Shown here: one piece after another, positions 55,914 through 64,000 of the stretch
How positions within the stretch are numbered: the stretch's first letter is position 1
Layout of the letters: every line of letters starts with the position of its first letter
Source: Camelus dromedarius
Taxonomy: Eukaryota
Direction of reading: 5' to 3'
NCBI RefSeq assembly: GCF_036321535.1
Contig: NC_087437.1
Coordinates: 35,962,001-36,026,000 of the forward strand
Length of the DNA: 64,000 nucleotides
Program-made: the position numbers and the translations under genes
The notes under the pieces: model-generated
The model's database searches: none
What the model was told of the DNA's origin: nothing
Seen by the model: the letters and a program-made list of their open reading frames with translations, nothing else

Positions 55914-58900
55914 TACTTCTGTTCCCTAATTTAGGCTTCTTCTCATTGGAAAATTTGGATGAAGAAGTATAATACAAATACTGTTTTCTATTTAAGTAGG
56001 AGTCATAAATCATATTTCATTGTCCTTTGTAAAGTAATTAAGGTTATTACAGAAACAAGATTAAAAACATTTCTTTAGATTTGTATAGACTACATTGACT
56101 TTTTGTGGTCATTCAACACTTAGCTAGTGTGTGTTATGCACCTTTATAAACTATTGTAATAAGAATTATATTTTTCTTCAGTTGAGAATGAAGCATTGTT
56201 ATCAAGAATGTTTTTGGTGATTATAATGAAAAGCTTTTATATACATAATTTTTTTTACATCTTATGATTGCTGGACTTTATTTTAGATTAAGTAGTTGAA
56301 TGAAACCTAATAGACAACTCAGGATTTAACTGGTGACCAAATCTCCATATACATGTATGTTGAGTATTTATCCAGGTAGGACTGATCCACAAAGCAAAAT
56401 CCATAAGAGCCATGGACTATTAAAAAAAAAATCACATACACATAAATATAGAAAAGAGCAATTTTAAATTTAACTATTATTGGTTATGTTAACTAGATTT
56501 TATATTCACATATGTAAATATTACTTATTTAGTTGATTAGATTTTATTCTTATTACAATTAGTTTATCTTCCTTCTTGATTTCTACTTAAAAGCATGGTG
56601 AAGTGAGACTTGTGTAATATAGGCATCCCTTCATAAAATACAGCTTAACCAATAAAAATATGTGTGTCTGATATATCAACTTGATTTTATTTGGTTGATG
56701 TTAGAAAGACATTACTTAGAAAAAAATTTCTATTTTCATCGGTAGTTAGTTATATTGCAAATCATATGTGAGACAGACAAGTGACACAGTGTGTGTATTT
56801 TTTCTGTAAATAAAATAGAACACATAAAATAATCAGTAATATTCTAGAAAACTATCCTGAAATAATTATGAATATTTGTATTGATAAGCTACTCTGTGTC
56901 TGAGAAAAACAGATACAGATTCACTAACACTGGAGAAATATCTTAATGAAATTATTGATTGTAAACTAAAGAGAGAATTCCTTAGAAATCCAAGGAATAA
57001 TCACCATTGAAATAAAAGCAAGTGACCTATGAATGGATTCTGTTTGGGTTCATAATACCTTATAGCAATATCTGATACTATACAATAACATCGCTTTGTC
57101 TATAACATCCTCAGAAAAAGTATGTTCTGGGAATTTTATAGAGTTTCAAACTTTCCTTCAAATATAAAGAGGCTACAGAAGGTATTTTCAAATGTAAGAA
57201 TTTAGAGAATATAATTCCTATGAATTTTTTTCAAAAACACTACAAAAGATAAATTTGTCACCAACTTACAGAACAGTAGAAGTATAGTGATAGAATGAAT
57301 AACTGGCAATGCATATTGAATCAATTTAACTAAAGAACCGAACTTGTGGAAAATATGGTTTCCAAATAGATTTTTTTATGTTATAAACTATGAAGAGCAT
57401 GTTAAACTAGTAACTACAACAGTCAGGCATAAAAGAGAATATGGGAGACTGTATAATATTGATTTCCCTATAATTTAAAAAAAAGGTCAATATATAGCTA
57501 TAAAATATGATTAATCATGTAATATATTCAAGAATATGTAAGATTTAAAGCAACAATAAAAGAACTAGTACTAATATAACCAACTAAAATTAAATGTTGG
57601 CAGTGATGGCAGTGGGAATGATCAAAAGAAAAGACAACAAATTTTATATTGTTCCTGATATGCAGAGTTCTTAAATATTGAGATTAAATGGATACATGGT
57701 TACAAAGGCAACCAATACCATTTCCCCAGCGGCTGAAATAGTTTACAGTCTCACCAATAGGGCACAAACATTACATTTTTGCCCCATCTTTATCACCACT
57801 ACTTAGCTCCTGTCTTCATAGTAGCCATTCTTATAGGTATGAGATACCTCGTTGTTGTTTTTATTTTCATTTCCCTGATAATTGTTGATGTTGAATACCT
57901 TCTTATGTACCTGTTCACCATTTGGATGTCTTCTTTGGAAAAATGTGTATTTAGTTTTTCTAACCATTGTTAAATTGGATTGTTTGTGTTTTTTGTTACT
58001 GAGTTTTATGACCTTTTTTTTTTTATAAAATTGGGTATCAACCCCATAGTGTTAGTGTATAGAAATGCAACCGAATTTTGTGTGTTGATTTTTTTATCCT
58101 GCAACTTTACTGAATGCATTGATTAGATCCAATAGATTTTTTTTAAAGTGTGTCTTTGGGATTTTTGATATATAAGATCTATTAACAGCAAATAGTGATA
58201 ATTTTACTTCTTTTCCAATTTGAATGATATTTATTTCTTTGTTTGTTTGTTTGTTTATTGTCTTGCCAGATTGCTCTAGCTAGGACTTCCAGTACTGTGT
58301 TGAATAACAGTAGTGAGAATGGGCACTTTTGTACATTTCCTGATGCTAGAGGAAAAGCCTTCAATTCTTCTCTGTTGAGTATGTTAGCTGTGGGTTTGTT
58401 GTATATGTCCCTTATTATGTTGAGGTATGTTTTTTATACACTCAACTTGTTAAGGGTTTTATCATTAAGGAATGTTGCATTTTAGTCAAATTTCTTTTCT
58501 ACATATTTTGAGATGATGAAGATTTTTTTTTTCTTTCATTCTCTTAATGTGGTGTATCACATTTCTTGATTTGCATATGTTGAACCATCCTTGTTTCCCA
58601 GGGAGAAATCCCACCCGATCATGGTGTAATATATCAAATTATTGAACTCAGTTTGCTAATATTTTGTTGAGAATTTTGTCATCAGAGATACTGTTGTATA
58701 GTTTTCTTGTAGTATCTTTATCTAGATTTGGTATCAGGGAAATGCTGGCCTTTAGAATAAGTTTAGAATTCTTGCCTCTTCAATTTTTTGGAAGAGTTTG
58801 GGAGAAATTGGCATTAATTTTTCTTTAAATGTTTGGTAGTACTTGTCCATGAAGCCGTCTGGTCCTGGCGTTTTCTGTGTTGGGAGGTTTTTGATATTTT

Positions 58901-59206
58901 TTTTTACATTTTTTTTATTGAGTAATAGTCATTTTACAATGTTGTGTCAAATTCCAGTGTAGAGCACAATTTTTCAGTTATACATGAACGTATATATATT
59001 CATTGTCACATTGTTTTTTCTCTATGAGCTACCACAAGATCTTGTATATATTTCCCTGTGCTATACAGTATAATCTCGTTTATCTATTCTGCATTTTAAA
59101 ATCCCATTCTGTCCCTTCCCACCCCCCACACCCTTGGCAACCACAAGTTTGTATTCTATGTCTATGAGTCTGTTTCTGTTTTGTATTTATTTAGTTATTT
59201 ATTTTT

Positions 59207-59575
59207 TTAGATTCCACATATGAGTGACCTCATATAGTATTTTTCTTTCTCTTTCTGGCTTACTTCACTTTGAATGACATTCTCCAGGAACATCCATGTT
59301 GCTGCAAATGGTGTTATGTTGTCGGTTTTTATGGCTGAATAGTATTCCATTGTATAAATATACCACTTCAGCTTTATCCAGTCATCTGTTAATGGACATT
59401 TAGGTTATTTCCAAGTCTTGGCTATTGTAAATAGTGCTGCTATGAACATTGGGGTGCAGGTGTCATTTTGAAGTAGGGTTCCTTCTGGATATATGCCCAG
59501 GAGCGGGATTCCTGGGTCATATGGTAAGCGTATTCCTAGTCTTTTGAGGAATCTCCATACTGTTTTCCACAGTGG
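59207..59575 (-). pseudogene. L1 ORF2 C-terminal remnant
   Basis: PLWKTVWRFLKRLGIRLPYDPGIPLLGIYP...TCTPMFIAALFTIAKTWK*PKCP...YTMEYYSAIK...SEVSQKEKEKYYMRSLICGI*; one internal stop. Confidence 0.9.
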
Positions 59576-59718
59576 CTTTCCTTGCTTCCCTCTCCCACTC
59601 TTAATGATTTAGATGTCTTCTTTTACAATTTTGTGTTTATTCTTTTTGTAATTCATGGCAGTTATCTCCTTTCCAGTTATGAGTTTCTCATTTTTGTTTC
59701 TTTCTGCTTCTTTTCTAT

Positions 59719-60620
59719 TTAGAGTAGACCTCTGAATATTTCTTTTAGCATGGGTTTAGTGTTGCTAAACTCTTGTAGTTTTTGCTTGTCTGTGAAGTTC
59801 TTTATCTCTCCTTCTATTCTAAAGGATAGCTTTGCTGGATAAAGTATACTAGGCTGCATCTTTTTTTCATTCAGGACTTTGAATATATCTTGCCACTCCC
59901 TTCTGGCCTGTAGCGTTTATGTAGAGAAATCAGCTGAGAGCCTTATGGGGGTTCCCTTGTAACTCACTCTTTGTTTTTCTCTTGCTGTCTTTAGAATCAT
60001 TTCTTTTTCCTTGACTCTGGGCATCTTGATTATGATATGTCTTGATGTGGGTCTATTTGGGTTCTTCCTGTTTGGGACCCTCTGAGCCTCCTGTACTTGG
60101 ATATCTGTTTCTTTCTTTAGGTTTGGGAAGTTTTCAGTCATGATTTCTTCAAATACCTTTTCAATCCCCTTTGTTCTTTCTTCCCCTTCTGGAACCCCTA
60201 TTATGCATAGATTGACACACTTTATATTATCCCATAGGTCCCTTATATTGTTTTCATTGTTTTTTATTTATTTTTCTCTCAGCTGTTCTGATTGGGTGCT
60301 TTCTGTTGTCCTGTCTTCTAGGTCACTTGTTCGCTCCTTTGCATTATCTAGCCTGCTTTGTACAGCCTTAGGTCAGATCTTATCTCAGCAAATGAGTTTA
60401 CTAATTCTACTTGGTTCTTCTTTATAGCTTCTATTTCATTTTTGACATATTTTATATCTCTAAACACTGTTTCTTTTAGTTCCTTCAGTACTTTGATCAC
60501 TCCTTTTTTGAAATCTTGATCTAGTAGGCCATCAGTGTCTATTTTGTTGATTGTGCTTTCAGGGGATTTCTCTTGATCTTTTAATTGGGAGTGGTTCCTC
60601 TGCTTCTTCATATTGCTCAT
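59719..60620 (-). pseudogene. L1 ORF1p, complete span but disrupted (frameshift near 60360, stop at 59917)
   Basis: MSNMKKQRNHSQLKDQEKSPE..., MTENFPNLKKETDIQVQEAQRVP...PIRLSADFST*TLQARREWQDIFKVL...YPAKLSF...GLL*. Confidence 0.9.
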
Positions 60621-61945
60621 ATCTCTCTGGCACTGTGGCTTAAGGAGTATCAGTTATCTAGTTCTCCTGGAGATGGTGTGCTCTTAATGATCTTATCAGG
60701 AGGTCTTTGTGTCTTCACCCTGTTTTGTGAACTCAGCTTGCTGTTTCCAGAGGCCCTCTGTTGGCTCCCTCGTCTGTGCTGCTCCCAGTGGCTGTCGGCT
60801 AGCAGGTCATGCCCTCTCCTAACACTGGGTCAGGAGCTGAGCTCTTACCTGGTGGGCAGGTGGGTCACAACCCCTCCCGATGCCACAGTCAGATGCTGTG
60901 CTAGGTGAGGAGGCAGGTGGGCGGATCACACCCCCTCCCAGCACCGTGGTCAGGTGCTGCGTTCCTGCCAGGAAGGCAGGTGGCCGCCCCCCCTCTCCTG
61001 GCACTGGTCGCTCCACTGCTCTGTGCAGCTGCCCTCCCCATGGGGTTGGCACTCTGAATGCCGGCTAGGGGAAGACCGTGGAACAGCCCCACCCCTGCTC
61101 TGTGCCAAATCTCAGCTCCTTGTTTGTCTTGGCAGTGCGAGTTCTCTGAGGTGCCAGGGCAGAAAGATCCTATCTGCCTCAGGCTATAAACAAGTCTGAG
61201 TCCTGCCTAGGAGGTTGCGGAGCCCCCAGGTGCAGATTCAGGTCTCGGCCTTGCCCCCCACCCAGGCTCTGCGCACAGGAAGAGATGGTAGCTATGGCTG
61301 CGCCCTGCCTCTCTCCTTGCGAGATGCGCCAGTAATGGCGGTGCAGGTCTGAAGAGAAGAAGGCTACGGCGCCCCTCCCCCCAGGGCACACTAGCCCTGT
61401 TGCTTTGCTTTTTTCACAATTTATGAGGGACCGAGGTTGTTCTGCTCTGTATCCCCTCCCAGCCATGGCGCGCAGCGCCCTGCAGTCCCCTGGGGCTGCC
61501 TCAGTGCAGTTGCCCCAGTCCTCCGCCCGGCTCAGGAGACCTGTCCTGGCCCCCAGTTGCCGGCTCGCATCTCGGGCTAGGTGTCGTGGGGACCCTTTGT
61601 GCCCATTTAACTCAATTCTGTCAGTCAAGGAGTGCTTGGGGCAGATCTGAGCCTCAGAGGCTCCCCCTCTGTCCCGCTGACCTCTCCTTGGGAGGCGGGG
61701 GGGCACAGCGAATGAGCGCCAGTCCTCCTTTGCCGCTCCCTCCCTGTGAGATCAGTCCCGCACTGTTTTGCTTTTTGTTCTTTCTTTTTTTCTTTTCTCC
61801 TACCAGATTTTTGACGTCTTTGTCTTTCGAAGAAGGTGATGTTCTTTTGGAGTTCAGCAGGTGCTCTGGTTGGCTGAGTAGGTCTGTAGATGTGAGTTTT
61901 GGTGTATTTGTGGGAAAGGGTGAGCTACAAGCATCCTTCTACTCT

Positions 61946-61954
61946 GCCATCTTG
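61946..61954 (-). promoter_or_regulatory. YY1-type motif CAAGATGGC at the L1 5' end (internal Pol II promoter)
   Basis: gccatcttg on +, about 12 nt inside the 5' terminus, the usual position in mammalian L1 5'UTRs. Confidence 0.65.
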
Positions 61955-64000
61955 CTTCTTTCCTCGGGAGGTTTATGATTATTGATTCAATTATTTTCTC
62001 ATTATTGATCTCTGCAGACTTGCTATGTCTTCCTGGTTCAGTCTCAGTAGGTTGTATGATTCTAGGAAATTATCCATTTTTTCTAGTTTATCTAATTTGT
62101 TGTTCATAGTAGTCTCTGAGGATACTGTGTATTTCTGTAGTGTCAATTATTATATCTCCTCTTTCATTTCTGAATTTTTATTTCTTAACTAACCTCACTA
62201 AAGTTTTCTCAATTTTGTTTATCTTTTTGTAAAAAAAAACTCTTGGTTTCATTGATCTTTTCTATTTTTTTTTTCCTGGTCTCTATTGCATTTGGTTCCA
62301 CTTTGATCTTTATTATTTCCTTCCTTCTACTAACTTTGGGATTAATCTGTTCTTTTTTTAGTTCCTTGAGTTATAAAGTTAGGTTGTTTATATATGATCT
62401 AATATCTTAATATAAGCATTTATTGCTATAAATTTTCATCTCAGAAACACTTTTGCAGTGTCCATAGGTTTGGGGAAGTTGTTTATTGTTTCATTTGTTT
62501 CAAGTTACTCTGATTTCCCTTTTGATTTCATCTTTGATTCATTGGTTGTTTAGGAGTCTTTATTTTTCACATACTTGTAGACTTTCCAGCTTTCCTAAAG
62601 TTGCTGATTTCTAGTTTCAAACCATTGTGGATAGAAAAGAGACTTGGTATGATTTCAGTCTTCTTAAATTTCCTAAGATTTATTTTCTGTCCTATCATAT
62701 GATCTATCCTTGAGAACGCTCCATGTGCAATTGAGAGGAATCTGTATTCTGCTACTGTTGGATAAAATGTTCTATAAATGTCTATTAGATCCATTTGGTC
62801 TAAGGTCTGATTCAAACTGATTTGTTTCTTTGATTTTCTGTCTGGATGACCTATTCATTGTTAAAAGGGCATTGATGTCTCACACCATTATTGCACTGTT
62901 ATATTTTTCTCCTTTCATTTCTGTTAGTATTTGCTTAATATATTCAGGTGTTCCAATGTTGGGTACTTACATATTTATAATTGTTATATCTTGATTGATT
63001 GTTCCCTTTCCCATTATATAATGAACTTCCTTGTATTTTATTACTGTTTTTGGCTAAAGTCAATTTTGTCTGATATAAGTATAGCTATCCCTGCTTTCTT
63101 TTGGTTTCTACTTGCATGGGATATCTTTTTCCATCCCTTTACTTTGAGTCAATGTGCATTCTTAAATCAGAATTTGGTCACTTGTAAGCAGGGTATAGTT
63201 GATTTATTTTAATTCATACAGCCACTCTAACTTTTTGATTGGTAATTTCAATCCATTTACTTTTACAGTAGTTTTTGTTTATGTAAGAACTTACTAATAC
63301 CATCTTCTTAATTACTTTCTGATTGTTTTGTATTTCCATGGTTTCTTTTTCTGTCTCTGCCTACTTTCATAAATTGGTTATTTTCCATGCTTATATGTTC
63401 TTTTTCTCCTTTCCTTGTTTTTTATGGATCTACTGTAAGTTTTTGCTTTGTGGTTACCTTGTGATTTTTCATATAAAATATCTTATCAATAAGAGTCCAC
63501 TTTAGGCTGATGGTAACTTACGTTTGAATGCCTATAAAGCCCTTGCCCATTTATGTTACTACCATTACAATTTACTTTTTATGTTGTGTATTCATTAACA
63601 GTTTATAGTCAGTACAGTTATTTTTACTATTCTTTCCTTTCTATACTATAGTTGAGTGGTTAACACACCATCCTAATACAGAGGTACAGTTTTCTAAGAT
63701 TGTACATTTTCCACCTTTACCAGTGTGTTGTATATTTTGACATATTTTCATGATGCTGTCTAGTGTCTTTCATTTCACCTTGAAGAACTCCTTTTAGCAT
63801 TTCCTGTAAGGCAGGTCTAGTGGTAGTGAATTCTCTCAGTTTGTGTTTGTCTGGAAAAGCCTTCATATCCAAAGACTAACTTTGCCAGGTAATGTATTCT
63901 TGGACGGACATTTTTATCTTTCAACACTTTGAATATGTCATTCCACTCTCTTCTGGCCTATAGAGTTTGTGCTGAGAAATCTGCTGATAGCCTAATGGTA

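Larger units (their letters stand above)
58896..61965 (-). mobile_element. Young camelid L1-derived element, 3070 bp: 5'UTR, ORF1, last ~120 codons of ORF2, 3'UTR, poly(A); EN and RT regions absent
   Basis: TSD gggaggttt(t/a)tgat at 58882-58895 and 61966-61979. Poly(T) on + at 58897 onward. GC/CpG-rich 5'UTR. Internal junction at ~59575-59578. Confidence 0.93.
57720..64000 (-). mobile_element. Older L1 (ORF2 to ORF1 3' end), split by the young insertion at 58896-61965; continues past the window end
   Basis: ORF2 peptides MKAFPLASG...[12 protein letters not shown] (58182-58364) and LDQMDLIDIYRTFYPTVAEYRFLSIAHGAFSRIDHMIG (62567-62815). The sequence resumes collinearly across the insertion. Confidence 0.92.

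Noticed and set aside
60585..61978. Longest ORFs in the track (175, 130 and 107 aa)
   Set aside because: They lie in the GC-rich L1 5'UTR, where stops are rare. They overlap on both strands and have no recognisable domain.
1..64000. CRISPR array, operon or other prokaryotic/viral system
   Set aside because: No regularly spaced repeats or gene-dense region; the sequence is mammalian repeat-rich DNA.

Overview
AT-rich, repeat-dense mammalian nuclear DNA. It is most likely from a camelid (camel/alpaca/llama), judged from a tRNA-Ala-derived vic-1-type SINE at 14096-14250. I find no credible protein-coding exon, functional RNA gene or prokaryote-type system; nearly all listed ORFs are spurious or pieces of L1 ORF1/ORF2. 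The window is built from nested L1s (mostly on the - strand, suggesting a large intron of a + strand gene or a gene desert), L2/MIR fossils, Tigger and hAT-Charlie DNA transposons, an MLT2 LTR and a solo ERV1 LTR. The best leads are: (1) a young, TSD-flanked 3.07-kb L1 with 5'UTR, ORF1, 3'UTR and poly(A) but almost no ORF2 (half-L1 or spliced-L1 candidate); (2) a 309-bp ATP6 NUMT; (3) a chain of overlapping palindromes beside two tail-to-tail L1 insertions at 5.0-5.8 kb; (4) a hAT transposase fossil at about 16.9-17.75 kb. Repeat family names come from my recall of consensus sequences, not from a search, and the boundaries of old repeats are approximate.
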